From Chrysomallon squamiferum (lineage: Eukaryota; Animalia; Mollusca): a stretch of 64,000 nt of DNA. Shown here one piece after another: positions 13,487 through 35,794 of this stretch; position 1 is the stretch's first letter; every line of letters begins with the position of its first letter. The DNA lies in NCBI GenBank assembly GCA_012295275.1, contig CM022678.1:2790001-2854000 (forward strand), given 5' to 3'. The translations under genes were made by a program, and so were the position numbers. Under the pieces are notes generated by a model that had not been told where the DNA came from, did no database searches, and was given only the letters and a program-made list of their open reading frames with translations.

Positions 13487-14449
13487 AAAGTTTGGTCGTT
13501 GCGAATGTGAACTAAATCAAATCTTTAAGTAGCATAGAATTACATGTTTTCTGTACTTCCTTTAAATATTTTCATAAACTCTACTGAAAGCATCGACAAT
13601 ACGAGCTGTCGTTGATATTATTGTGTAAGTAAGAATAACCGATTCCAATAGATTTGATTCAAATACCTGCATGTTCCGTTTGCGCAGACTTAGACAACGG
13701 AAGTATTTTTCAATATTTAATATTTGTCATTTTGAATAACTTTTATTTTTATTTCTGATAATTTATTTTGATTCATATTTTTAATTCTATACAAGCACTT
13801 TCTACCTCAAAGGTTGAAGTTAAGAATGAGGCAAAATGTGTATTGTGTTCTTTTCTCGTTAGCGGATTGCTTCACGAGGGTTGATATCTTTTAACACTAT
13901 TCTGATCAGATTTTGTTTTTGGTAAACCTAATAATAGTTATAACAAAATAATTAAATTAAAAAAAATAAATACAAATAAATAAATAAAACGTGATTATTG
14001 TTTATCATCTTATTTATTACTGTTGTTCTTATTGTTGTTTTTGTTTTTTCATCGTTATCATCATTATTATTGTTGTTGTTGTTGTTGCTATTAAAGTAAT
14101 TATTCATTACCAGATACTATGCTGTGAAATGTATAAGACTGTCTTGCTAAAAACTGCTGATGAAAGAAGGGAATCATGTGATTATGCCACGGAAAACAGA
14201 GTGCTGTTTGATGATAATAACTGATCCTGCCACATGAATATGAAGAAAAAAATCACAAATATATAAATTAATTAACAATTTAATTTTTTTTTTTTTATTA
14301 CATTAAATAATACAATGTTCATTGTTTTTATATTTCCAACTTACAAACTCACCACACAATGTACAGTAACAAAAAAAACAAAAACAAAAAAAACCCTATT
14401 TATATTGCTTATAAGTGATACTGAATGATACATTAAAAAATGATGTCTG

Positions 14450-16070
14450 TTAACTGTCAAGATCTCTAAACTGATGAGATTGAAAAGACATTTTTTTAAT
14501 TATTTAAGAGATAAACACTTTAATATACAACTGAATTAGAAACTCACAGGAAAGAAAAACTAAAATGTGTTTTCAGTAGGTCTCAAGCATTATCTGTATT
14601 AATAGAGAAAGAAAACAACCTATTATAAAATCAAAAATAAGTTGAGGAAGAAGTAATAGCTTTTTACAGATCATTATATAGTAATTAGAATACTGATTTT
14701 ACTAACAAAGATCTCAACAGAATACTTAATAACTAGAGTAGCCGGACTAGATGATACTATATCAAAACTGGTGGATGGAGTATTAGAGAATAAAGAAATT
14801 ACTAATGTTTTAACAAAAATAAATAATTTAAAGTCACCAGGAACAGATGGATACATTGCTGCATTCATGAAATTGTTTTGATCTGATACCAAAATTTGTT
14901 TATCTTTTTTCTTCATTGCCAAATCCAACAGATTCTTTCTTTAAAAAATATCAGTTCATTTTGAAAAAAAAAAAGACCAATAAAATAGCTAGAAAACTTT
15001 ATTTCAGGATTATCAAAATGGTGGTTTAAGAGCAATAAATGTTAAGTCATTTTGTTATGCATGAACAAATAACATTGATCAAAAGTATGTCTTTTGAGTA
15101 ACTGGTTTCAGTGAAGAGATTCAGTGACATTAGTTTTGGGGTCAAACTACAGTGAAGAAAAATTGCTGATAGGCACAAATCCCTTTTGGAAAAATATATT
15201 ACTTTACAGGGTCAAATTTTAAAGGAAAATGTGATGTGACAAGGGACAAGGCAATACTGATCACCTATTTGCTGTAATTCTGTTATTAAAACTGATAATA
15301 AATGTGTTATTGTAAGACATTGGCCAATAAAGGAATTTTATTTTTGAAATATCTGTTTGTTAATGCCACAGACTTATTTATGATGAATTCTCTAAAAAAA
15401 ATAACTTCAGAGTGGCTTGATGTCAGCAGTTAAAATACATAAATGCTTTTTACATACTGACCAGATAACATTACAAATTCTTGGAATTCCTAACTGTCTA
15501 GAAGAACTGCTTAAAAACAAAGGTGTGTAAAACAAATTCTGCAATGATTGGTTCATAGAAATAACTTCAAAACAAATACAAGTAAAATGGCACCATATTT
15601 TTGATGTAGAATTCTGTGACAATAGATAGAAAACCTGGCTATGGACACGGGGCTCACATACTTTCAGTACAAGATCTTGTTATATATCTTAACAACACAT
15701 AAACATTTGGTATCGGATAAATGTGAATTTTGACATATGTTTAGTCAAGATATAAATCACATTGTTTTGGTTATGAATACATGTTCAGGCATTTTGGAAC
15801 ACTGTTATAAACTGGATATTTTTGAGAACAAAAGTGACACTTGAAATAACTGCACAAACAATAATTTTTGTCAACCCAAATTATTCTGAAAAAGACAATA
15901 TAATCAATTTAAATATTGTTAATTGCCAAGCATTTTAACTGGATTCCTAAATTTTTTGAACATGTATTAAATAAATATATTTGTAAGATAACTAACAGAA
16001 CAATTAAATTTGAAAAATAAAAAAAAAAAAAGGAATATTTGGACAAAATGATTATCATAAAATGTAAATA
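14450..16070 (+). mobile_element. Second copy of the L1/Tx1-type LINE relic (part of the segmental duplicate)
   Basis: Same KSPGTDG motif (14831) and QDYQNGGLRAINVKSF block. Confidence 0.7.
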
Positions 16071-16232
16071 ATGTCATAACTGTTTAGGGTAGAAAATGCA
16101 AAAATATGCAAAGATGATTTGAAGAGTTCTGAATTTTAACACATTAATTAACTTTATATTTTGTTATATAAGCATATATTAGTCATACTACATATTATAC
16201 ACTATATTCTGTGGGAAGAAAAATACTTTATA

Positions 16233-19200
16233 TTATTTCAAATCATATTTTTGCATTAAACTAAGAAGAGCATCTGTCATTTTCCCTAATCTGTCAAATA
16301 TTTGTCTTCTTTCTTCTCTCTCTTCATTCTTCCTCTCTTCTTCTATCTTAAATCTATTTTGTTGTTCGGCCTGCAGCAGCTGAATTCTCATTCTTTCATT
16401 TTTCACTTCTTCTTTCCTAATTTCCAGCTCCTCCTGTCTCAATTTGAATTCATTTTCCATCCAAGTTGCTTCCGTATTAACTTTTTTCTCCAGATGGGAC
16501 AACATTAGTGCTGGTGTCTTTAGCTTCCTCAGCTTACCTGGAAAATAGAAAAGAAACAAATGTTCTTTGTTGTCAAACTTAATCAAATCTAGTATAGATT
16601 TAATATTGAAATGTGTGTAAATTAATCAGGAATTTGTTCCTGTCAGATAAACTGAACTGAATTAGATATGATCAGGTGCACATCAAGCATCAGTGGGTTT
16701 CTTTTTTTTCTCATATATTTAGACATTTGAACAAAGCACCAAGAGATATTAACAATAGTGTTACTACAATGAAGAGTTCATGTTGTCATGGCAACTGAAT
16801 GAGTTTCTCTTTAGTTGTGTCTAATATTATGTGGTCATTTCTGTGTCTCTATGTCAGTTGTCATCTTTCACAGTTCATAAACAGGGAGTTCCACCTCAAG
16901 CAATTGATATTATGAATTCCATTACTCTAACACATCATGCATATCACACACACACACACACACACCTGCACTAGTTTCTGCCATTGCCACAGGTGTTGGT
17001 GCCTCCTGAAGCATGCAGTCATCATCTGCGTCTTCGGGTGTCTTGTCAGCAGCTGGCAATGGATGCTTTTCTAGAGGTGGGTTCCTGAGTTGATCAAAGA
17101 GGACCTCGGGGTTTACTGCAGTGAGTTGCTCCTTCTGATGCTGCCCTGACTGGTACATGTCTTTTCCTGAATTAGTGCAGTTTTCTCCTTTGTAAGAGTT
17201 GTCTTTTCCTGAATTAATGTTGTCTTCTTCGTGGTCACAGTTTTCTTTTTGTGAATTCATGTTATTTTCAGCTTATCGTCTTCTTTATCAGAATTGTCAC
17301 ACCTTGGTCATTTTTATCTTTTCGTGAATTAATGTTGTTTTCCTTTGTCAGAAATATCTTCTCCTTCATCATCATTTTCTTCTTCAGAAATATCTTCTAT
17401 TTCATCATCATCTTCTCCTTTGTCATATTTCTTCTTTTTGGTCAGAATTGTCATCTTCTTTCTTATCTTTTCTTGAATTAATGTTATTTTCTCTTTGGTA
17501 AGCATGATCTTCTTCTTGATCAGAATTATCATCTTCTTGGTCATTGTTATCTTTTCTTGAATTAATATTATTTTTCTTCTTGATAAAAATTATTTCTCCT
17601 TCATCATCATTTTTTCCTTTGTTAAATTATTTTCTCCTTAATATTATTTTCTCCTTTGTCAGAAATATCTTCTCCTTCATTATAGTTGCCTTTTCCTTTG
17701 TTAGAATTATTTTCTCCTTCATCATTATTGTCTTCTCCTTTGTCAGAAATATCTTCTCCTTCATCGTAGTTGTCCTCTCCTTTGTTAGTATTAAAATTGC
17801 CTTTTTCTCCATCAACTTTGTATTGATCTAGGTAACTATGTGGTTGTCTGGTTGATTCAGTTTTGCTTTTTGGTCCACTTTCTGCTGTAAAATAATTCTC
17901 CAGTTGCTGGATTATCTCTCCATGGGTGTTTCCACCAGTTGAGACCACGAACACCTTAGAGAGACATTTTGTTCTGAATTTCAACAAAGCTGCTACAAGA
18001 GCTTCAGCAGCAAGAGATAAAGGAACTTCAGGAGTCCCTGTGAGTCAAAATAAATAAAAACATAAATAAATAAATACATAATCTACATATCTCAGTGCAA
18101 TCTAGCATATTTTTCAATATTTAATTTGTGTATGTATAATGTTATAATTCTCTTTTCAAATATTTGTGCAGTCAATATACCATCATATTCACATTTGACT
18201 ATTTACCAGATTACAAATATCATGAAACAGATTTTTCATTGTCAATAGTCACCAGATGTCACATTCACTGTCACATGAACATATAATATACTGTCACTAG
18301 TCATCAAACACATAATAAACTGTCACTAGTCATCAAACACATAATAAACTGTCACTAGTCATGAAACACATAATGAACTGTCGCCAAACACAATAGAATG
18401 TTACAAGCTAATTGTTAAGAATTATGTAACAATCATTTGAATATAGCTGTAAAGCTGATTACACTTACCAGAACCTAGGACAGGCAGGGCAACTGACTCT
18501 AATCTTTCTTCATTTGCCGTATTTAAGATTTTTATGTACAGGCTTTCCATTTCATGTTTCCATTGATCTATGTTCTGTGCATTTTTAATATTAAACACAC
18601 CAGCCATAATTACTGTTTTGAATTTTAATTTGATGTGATGCTCTCGAGGTGAAAGGCAGCAAATATCTCCTGTCTCTAGATATTTACTTTTATGTAGGCC
18701 AATGATAATTTTACTGAAGTCTGCAGGGTCAATCTGTGCAGAATCACAAAGTTGCTTGGTCACTGCGCCAGGTTTTGTCAAATCCCAGACTTGTCCAGTC
18801 ACTATTCCATCAGCATCAGCTTGTGTGATGTCACCAATGTAGCAGGTGACATCTACTCCATTGTAAGTTGTGTATTCTTCCTTCTTGAACATTTCTGGAC
18901 TTTCTAAAACACCAACAGAGTTGTCTTTTCCTCGGTAAAAATGATCTTCTGCTTCCTTAGTGTTGACTTCTTGATTAAAGTTACCTTTTCCCAAGATATT
19001 GGCTCCTTTTGTGTCAACTTTGTGTTTATCTAGGTAACTGTGTGGTTGTCTGGTTGATTCAGTTTTACTTTTTGGTCCACTTTCTGCTGTAAAATAATTC
19101 TCCAGTTGCTTGATTATCTCTCCATGGGTATTTCCACCAGTTGAGACCACGAACACCTTAGAGAGACATTTTGTTCTGAATTTCAACAAAGCTGCTACAA

Positions 19201-19263
19201 GAGCTTCAGCAGCAGCAGACAAAGGAACTTCAGGAGATCCTGTGAGTCAAATAAATAAAAACA

Positions 19264-19297
<34 letters not shown>

Positions 19298-21208
19298 GTG
19301 TATGTATAATTTATAATTCTCTTTTCAAATATTTGTGCAGTCAATGTCCATCATCTTTGACTTTTACCAGATTACAAATATAATTTTTTCATTGTCAATA
19401 GTCACTAGATGTCACATTCACATTTTAAATAAATATTTCACTTCATTTCTACCAGTCATATTTCTAATAAACTGTCACCAGTCACCAGTCATCAAACACA
19501 TAATAAACTGTCACCAGTCACCAATCAACAAATAAGATAATAAATTATCATGAAAACAAAAGATTAAACACATTTAAACTTTCACTATCACTAGTCATCA
19601 TGCCAGTCAACAAACACATAATGAACTGTCACCAAACACAGTAGAATGTTACAAGCTAATTGTTAAGACTTATATAACAATCATTTGAATATAGCTGTAA
19701 AGCTGATTATACTTACCACAACCTAGGAGAGGCAGAGCAACTGACTCTAATCTTTCATCATTTGCCTTATTTAAAACTTTTATGTACAGATTTTCCATTT
19801 GATGTTTCCATTGACTTTTAGTCCATGCATCCTTAAAGTGTAAGACACCAGCCATAATTACTGTTTTGAATTTCAGTCTGATGTGATGCTCTCGAGGTGA
19901 AAGGCAGCAAGTATCTCCTCTATCTAGATGTTTATTTTTATGTAGGCCAATGATAATTTTACTGAAGTCTTGAGGGGGAATCTGTGCAGAAGCACAAAGT
20001 GCCTCTGTCACCAAACCAGGTTTTGTCAAATCCCAGCCTTGTCCAGTCACTATTCCATCAGCAGCAGCTTGTGTGATGTCGCCAATGTAGCAGACGACAT
20101 TCACTCCATTGTTAGTTGTGTATTCTTCCTTCTTGAACATTGCTGGACTTTCTAAAACACAGACAGGATTCAAACAGAAATTTAAAATCACAGAATTATT
20201 AATAATATAGATGGTTTTTTTTCAATAACATTATGCTTAAAGAAATACTAAAAAATAAATAAAGAACAAATAATAAATGAGGAAAAAAAAAAAAATAAAG
20301 GAAAAGAATCCCAGGGATTTTTTTACATTGATAAATAAATAAGCAAACAAACAATCAAACAACTGAAGAAACAATAAAAAAATATTTAAAAAAAATAATA
20401 AATAAATAAATAAATAAGTAAAAAAATATGTTAATAACAAAATAAATAAAATACTATGTAAATAAGGAAATAATAATAATAATAATAATAATATATATAT
20501 ATATACATATATATCTCAGTTAAATAAACAAACAAACAAAAATTTCAATTCTACCACTTCTCTGCATTTACAGCAATGTGGAGTAATTTACACTAAATTT
20601 GTTCAAGCATCAGAAACAATGAGTCTAAATTCCATTGTACAGGCTATGATGTCACAACTGCACTAGTTAGGGGTAAGTATACTTTTTATGTGATGTTCCC
20701 AAATACAGAAATACTGATTTGAAAATGTAAACAATTTTTGGAAATTTATTCATTCATATCACAACAAGTACAATTCAATATTCATTAAATACCAACAAAA
20801 TATTTCCTTGATTTTTTTCTCATGCTCCTGATCAAAATGTCTCCTAGCTCTTACCAAAGAGAGTGACCTGATCAACTGGTGTCCATTTCTTGAATCACTC
20901 ATGTTTGAGATATCACAAAATATTCATTCTTGTATCTTCATCTCAAAAATTATTAAATTCAGGTATTGATAACAAAATGAGGACACACTTTTGGAGAAAA
21001 AAAAAAGTTTAACAAATTTTCTCTGTGAATTTTGAGATACTTAACCACTTTGTGCCATATTCTGTCGATGGTGCTGTTGTTGTTGACGATGACGATGATG
21101 ATGTTTTCCTTCAGGCTGTTGATGATAATGTTGCTGATGGGAACATTCTCTGTTGGTTGTCTTTTCTGATGTAGTGCCTCTTCGAGTTTCTTCTCCTGAA
21201 TTTCCTGT
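16233..21208 (-). pseudogene. G3: macro-macro-acidic repeat linker-coiled-coil gene (no RING/DTC). Exons 21208-21046, 20151-19717, 19239-18469, 18037-16966 (several frameshifts), 16537-16233.
   Basis: Two macro domains (GDITQ..GIVT; SVALP[L/V]LG[C/S]G| phase-1 introns). The D/E/N-rich repeat exon has small indels at ~17250-17640, which could be decay or assembly error. A phase-1 splice 16966->16537 joins ETSA-G-KLRKLK to an E/R/K-rich coiled-coil exon. Confidence 0.65.
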
Positions 21209-22371
21209 CTGATATTAACAAAATGAAGATAAAGAGTAGTAATAGTGGTAATTATAGTAATAGTAGTAGTAATAATAATAGTAATAGTAGATTCCAGTAA
21301 TATAAATGTAATAATTATGTAGTAGTAATAGTAGCAGTTTATTGTAGGTACTGATTCCAATAGCTGAGAATAATTGTTTATAGTAATTCTAACAGTAGTA
21401 TAGTAGCAGTTTATTGTTATAATAATAGCTGTAGTTTATAGTAGTAGTTATAGTAGCAGTAGTTTATAGTAGTAGTTATAGTAGCAGTAGTTTATAGTAA
21501 TTCTAACAGTAGCAGTAGTTTATAGTAGTAGTAATTCTTACAGTAGCAGTAGTTTATATTAGTAGTAAGAGTTGCAGTAGTTTATAGTAGTTCTAACAGT
21601 AACAGTAGTTTATAGTAGTAGTAACAGTAGCAGTAGTTTATAGTAGTAGTAATAGTAGCAGTAGTTTATAGTAGTAGTAATAGTTATAGTAGCAGTAGTT
21701 TATAGTAGTAGTAATAGTAGCAGTAGTTTATATTAGTAGTAATAGTTATAGTAGCAGTAGTTTATAGTAATAGTAATAATAGTGGAAAAAATAACAATAG
21801 CTTTAATAATGTTTTAGAATTAGTGTTAGTAATAGTAGTGATAGTAATAATGCTAGTTTAATAGCAGTAATAACTTTAATGATTTTGAATAATATTAATA
21901 TTACTAATACTATTGCTAAATCTTTGTATAAAAAACAAAACAATAAAAAATAACAACAACAAATTGTTAGTTTTGGTATGAGGCATTTCCCTCATTTGCC
22001 TCAATATAGTTTGGCCATGTCTGCCACTACTACAGCAACTACTACAACAACTACTACTACTACTACTGTATTACTACCACCACTATTACTGCAACTACTA
22101 TTACTGGTTGTATTTCTGCTGCTCCAACTACTACTAGGTGCTACTGATATTACTACTGCTACTACCACAACTACTACTGCTGCTACTTTGGCTGCCATAT
22201 TGTAATCTTTATTTGTTTTGAGGAATACAAGAACAAAAATTAAGTATAACAACAAATTAATGAAAAACAATATAGTAATAATAATAAAAAAAATAATAAT
22301 AAATAAAAAAAAAATAATAATAATAAAAAAATAAAATAAATAATGCAAAGGGAAAAAGCAAGAAAATATAA

Positions 22372-22418
<47 letters not shown>

Positions 22419-22835
22419 GGTAAAGAAAAGAAAAGAAAAAAAAAATGAAAAAGAACAATAATAATAAGGTAAATAAAATAAAATAAAATAAATAAAATAA
22501 AATAAATAAAATAAAATAAATAAAAACAGTAATGATAAGAGAAAGTCAAACAACAAAATTAAATTGAAATTTAAGAACATAATTAATTATATAACCAGAT
22601 GACTTTTTGTGTTAATAGAATATATATATATATATATATATATAAGAAAGGAAGTGAAAGAAAAGAAAGAAAGAAAGAAGAAATGTACCAATTACGAACT
22701 TAATATACGTCATGTACTGAAATTTAAACAGTATTATGTTATACAGCATTTAGATTAAATATTAAAACAAATAAAATTACTTTTCAAACTCGATTAAAAG
22801 CATCAAAATATTTCCTCGCAATGAAATAATACCTT

Positions 22836-22846
22836 GTTTCACTTTC
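22836..22846 (-). promoter_or_regulatory. ISRE/IRF-E-like motif (GAAAGTGAAAC on - strand) at the 5' side of G3
   Basis: GTTTCACTTTC on the + strand, next to a minus-strand donor-like aag|gtatt. An ETS-IRF-like GGAAGTGAAA lies at 22650-22659. Confidence 0.5.
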
Positions 22847-23039
22847 AGAATTGTTTATAGTATTTACTAAACAACATTCTTTCTACTAGAATTTAAGTAG
22901 AATGTGAATCTTATGAATTAACTTCAAAATAAGTAAGTAACAAAAGAAAACAGTGGTTAACAAGAAAATTAGTGGTACACTCGCATGGCCGGATTTCGAC
23001 TTTCAGATGCCGATGAAAAATAATTAAAAATAAATTAAC

Positions 23040-23070
<31 letters not shown>

Positions 23071-23315
23071 TTAAAAAAACCTCAAATAAATAAAAAAAGA
23101 AAAAGAAAAAAAATAATAATAATAAAAAAATAACTACATTGAAAGCTAAACCGTATTTGTTCGAGAAATATTATTATAATTATTGGATAAGGTATTAATT
23201 ATTATATTCATGCTAAATAACAGCCGAACAAACAATAACAAAGAGATTTAGCAGGCTAAATAAAAACATTCGGACTACAGTTACGACTTCGGTTCATTAC
23301 AAAACAATTAAAACG

Positions 23316-23354
<39 letters not shown>

Positions 23355-24129
23355 CTTATTACAATAGTTACACTTGTGTTATCTAAATGTCTGCTACGTT
23401 ACTAAAATGGTTGTCATGATATAATAAATTCAGTTATGATTATTAGTATCAGTTTATCTAGTTATTCCTACGGAGGAGAAGACACCGATATGAAATGGGG
23501 GACTCTAGGGAACCCTGTCGTTCTGTTTTCTGACTGTCGTCCCAACACACCTATTTATATAATTACGTCTTCTTTTTTATTTTTTGATAATAAAACTAAT
23601 TTTATAATTATTACATTTTATTATTATTATTATTATCATTAGCAGTAGTAGTAAAAGTAATAATAGTAGTAGTAGTAGTAGTAATAGTAGTAGTATGAAA
23701 GAAATCTTTGCATCCGTATAAATCCGACCATTCGAAACCCTCTCACATATTTTTGTCTTCTTCCACATTACTTAAAATATTCCTCCGAATTTATGTTGTT
23801 GTTAATAGTTGTTACAGTTGAAAACAGAAGCATGAGATGTGTTTGGTCAAGGGATCGTTCCTTTTTATGTGTTATCAAATATCTAGCTTAAGATTCATTG
23901 ATAAATAAATAAAAATCCTGTGCTGCTGCTGCTTTGACCACCACTATCACTACGACTACTGCTACTACTACTACTACTACTATTACTACTACTACTACTA
24001 CTACTAATAATAATAATAATAATAATGGTAATATAAAATAATTGAAACGTTACAAAATGTTTAAATCACATCAGTCGATTAGATAATAGTATAGTACGAA
24101 TTGTCACAGGAAGAGCTAGCCATTTTAAC

Positions 24130-24141
24130 GAAACCGAAAGT
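24130..24141 (+). promoter_or_regulatory. ISRE/IRF-E-like motif GAAACCGAAAGT upstream of G4
   Basis: Matches GAAANNGAAASY, with a further GAAA half-site at 24145; about 90 nt before ATG 24228. Confidence 0.65.
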
Positions 24142-24227
24142 AGTGAAATCTTCAAGTAGCATAGAATTATATGTCTTGTGTACTTCCTTTAAATATTTTC
24201 ATAAACAGTTATGAAAATATAGACATT

Positions 24228-30181
<5,954 letters not shown>

Positions 30182-30588
30182 AAAACTACAAATATCAGAA
30201 AACTTTCTTAACCATGTCAAATTGCTGGCATCAGAATATTTTTAATTATTTGTTTTATCGTGTTAATATTACAGTTATTATTTGTAGTTATACAAAACTC
30301 AGACTAAGCTTGAATTCATTTTTATCTTAATCACAATAATGATTTTTTTTTTTTACCAGTAATAATTTTCTGTATGGTTTTTACATCCATTTTTCTGTTG
30401 ATTATAAAATGGTGTGGGAAGAAAAGTTAAAATTTTTATGTTGTATACTATTCCGAAATGTATATAACATATTTAAAAAAAAAAAAAAAGAAGATTTCCT
30501 GTTTAATAGCCAAATCTTTAAAATTATTATTTAGCACATAAGAACACACACTTAATTACATACATACTTCATACATACATACTCATAA

Positions 30589-30635
<47 letters not shown>

Positions 30636-33089
30636 ATTACATGCATAATTACAGATACAAATAGTGTATTTATTTTAAATCCAATTCAAAGCAAACCTAT
30701 AATTATAATATATATATATATAAACAGATATACAGTAAAGCTTGCTGCAATGGAAAAAATGCTTGTATTTAGAAATATTGAAATCATTCCCTGAACTGTT
30801 CTTTATAATATCTTTTTATTTGTGTTTTTCGTATATTATCATCCTTCATGAAAATTCAGACATTCATTTTAATGTCGTAATAATTCTTTATAATATCTTG
30901 ATTATTACTTAATCATTTGTGGTCTCTTTATCATTGTTAATGATGGATTATCATCATTTTTGAAGGTTTAATCGTGTTTCATCCTAGGTGAGTGGATTAA
31001 AATTTAAAAAAAAAAAAAAATAAATAAATAAAATTTAAAAATTTAAAAAAAGAAATAAAAGAAACCCCATAAAATATAATAAAATAAAATAAAATAAAAA
31101 ATAATTTTGAAAAATGGGAAATAAAAATAATAATTTTATCTTAATAAACTGACTGTTTGATTTTTCTGGACTCACACATTATTAAACTTAATAAATATTA
31201 ATAAATTATGTATCCCTATCCCTTACAGTGTGTGTGTGTGTGTGTGTGAAATTCTTCTTGACTTTTTAATGCTGATTTATCAACAATTTATTTATTTATT
31301 TAAGTTTAAACAATTTCTATATCAATACTTTTTTTTTTTTCAGTTTTAGAGAAATTCGTCATTTCCTTGGCAATCCTGTTTTCAGATATGCTTGTTAAAT
31401 TTTAACTTAAACATAAACACCAGTATTCGATATATCAAAGTAATGATTATTTCTGTATACAACACTATATATATATATATATATATATATATGTAATTAT
31501 TATTATTATTTTATTTTTTGTTCTAATTTACTTGTATTCTTAAAATTCATGAAAAAGCTGTGAAAGGAAAAAAAAATTTGTTGCAGTTATTAATAATTCA
31601 GATATTTTAAACAGATTATTGCTAGCTATTATTATTATTAGTGTGCATTTGTTAATAAAACTATTATCATTACTGTTATTATTTATATTATTATTTCTAC
31701 TACTGTTGTTGTTATTATTATTATTAAAGGAAGAACATATTATTCTTATAATTATTTTCTTTGTTTTATAGTTTTGTTTTTTGTCTTTTCATTTATATTT
31801 TTTAAAAGTATTCATAAGAGAAAAAAGTATTATTCAGGATAAAGGTTTTCATTTTTTTGTTTTCTTTTACAGAGTTTTTCTTTTTAACTTGTTCAGCTGC
31901 TTTTATCAATGTGATTTAAGAGTAAAATAATTTTTTATTAACATCATACATAAAAATATTTGTTAATATGTTTATTATAAACGAGAAAACTGCTGTAAGA
32001 AACCAACATCATTTTTCCAAAAATATCAAATACTTGAAAGAGTTTAGGTGGTAATCCGTAACAAGATGCTTGTGAACTGATATGTTTCGCTTTATGTTAC
32101 TATATTGCATTTGTTAAATCTTCATCAAGCCCTATAAAATTCCTTTTTAACACAACTGTTCATTTTTTAATGAATAAAAATCATTACCCTGATAAAGCAA
32201 ATATTTGTCATTCTTCATATTACTACATTAAATTAATGAAGACCACATCACAGCATAAAGAAAATTTCATCTGAATCAGATGTCAAACTGTTGTTATGCA
32301 CAAATTAAGGACTAACAGTGATGTAAAAAAACAGGGAAAAAAAAGAAAAAAAGGCAAGATTGACTAAGATTCATTTATTGTTTGAATTACCTGTTCTAAA
32401 TACAAAATAGTTAAAAATCAAAAAGAAAAAATTAAGACTCACAGTACCGGGTGAGTATCTTTTATACCAAATGCTTGGGATGGAAAGTGAGATTTCATAA
32501 TTTGTCAGATTTTGAAACGTAAGAAGATAGTGAGGCATTTATATGCAAGCTTAAGCATGATATTAATTTATATTTTGTGTACACCTTAAATAGATACTGT
32601 GTGCACACACACACACACACAGACACACACACACACAGACACACATTAAAATATGCATTATTATTATTATAATTTTCTATACTTGAAACAAAGTTTGTCT
32701 ACATTAAACCATTTGAAAATTATAAAATATAAATATTTCAGAAACTCAAAAAAAAGTTTCAAATTTCTGAGCTTCATTGAAAAAGAATAAACAAATTATC
32801 ATAGAACTAAATATATTATTTTTTTGACTATTCTACCTTAATATATATATATATATATAAATATAAAATAGGATTAATAATTATTCAGTTAGAATATTTG
32901 AGACTGATTTTGAGAAGCTTCATACAAGATAAGAAAAATCGTTAAAGGAGATTAACAATGATGGAAAGTCATGTATGATCTACTTAATAAAAACTGAGTC
33001 TTTTATTTAAACAAGACAAAAAGAAATATTCTGCAGCTTGCAACATAAGAGACTGCTTATTTCAAGACTCCATACTGAACATCTGTCTC

Positions 33090-35272
<2,183 letters not shown>

Positions 35273-35542
35273 ACTTGTAACCGAATACTCTGCAATAACG
35301 AGATTAAACAATGTCGGGTAAAATGAATAAATGAATGAACTACGAATGAATAAATGAATGAATTATTTAAATGATCGGCGGAAACGTAGAATGAGAACAA
35401 AGATTACGCGAAAGATAAGGAAACGGAGAAATAAACAAGCAGAAAGTGAAATAAGTGAAGAAAGAAAAAGCGTGATGTTAGAGAAACCCAGAGATAAAGA
35501 GATAGAAATGGGAGACAGGTAAGTAGATACGTAAGTATATAT

Positions 35543-35546
<4 letters not shown>

Positions 35547-35619
<73 letters not shown>
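35547..35619. repeat. (AG)n microsatellite in G5 intron 1; duplicate at 43817-43897
   Basis: Pure dinucleotide run. Confidence 0.95.
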
Positions 35620-35621
<2 letters not shown>

Positions 35622-35794
35622 ATATACTGACTGACTAGTCTAAAGATAAACAGACAAATATTTAGATACTAAGAAAACGACTGAGTGGGAGAGAAAGAAT
35701 TAGTGTCACTAGAAGAAGCCTACACATCGCAATTTAAAAAGAAATAAAATGTTAACAAATTTATTTGTTTAAGAATTAAACGGTTTAACATACC

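Noticed and set aside
22001-22198. Short minus-strand ORF segment MAAKVAAVVVVVVAVVISVAP...VVVVVVAVVVAD resembling a signal peptide plus hydrophobic tail
   Set aside because: The Val and Ser runs are frames of a degenerate (GTA/AGT)n microsatellite. It might be a decayed Ser-rich G3 exon, but I could not build a consistent splice model.
23497-23517. NF-kB-like GGGGACTCTA / GGGAACCC in the G3/G4 intergenic region
   Set aside because: It does not fit GGGRNYYYCC well and is altered in the paralog at ~13213.
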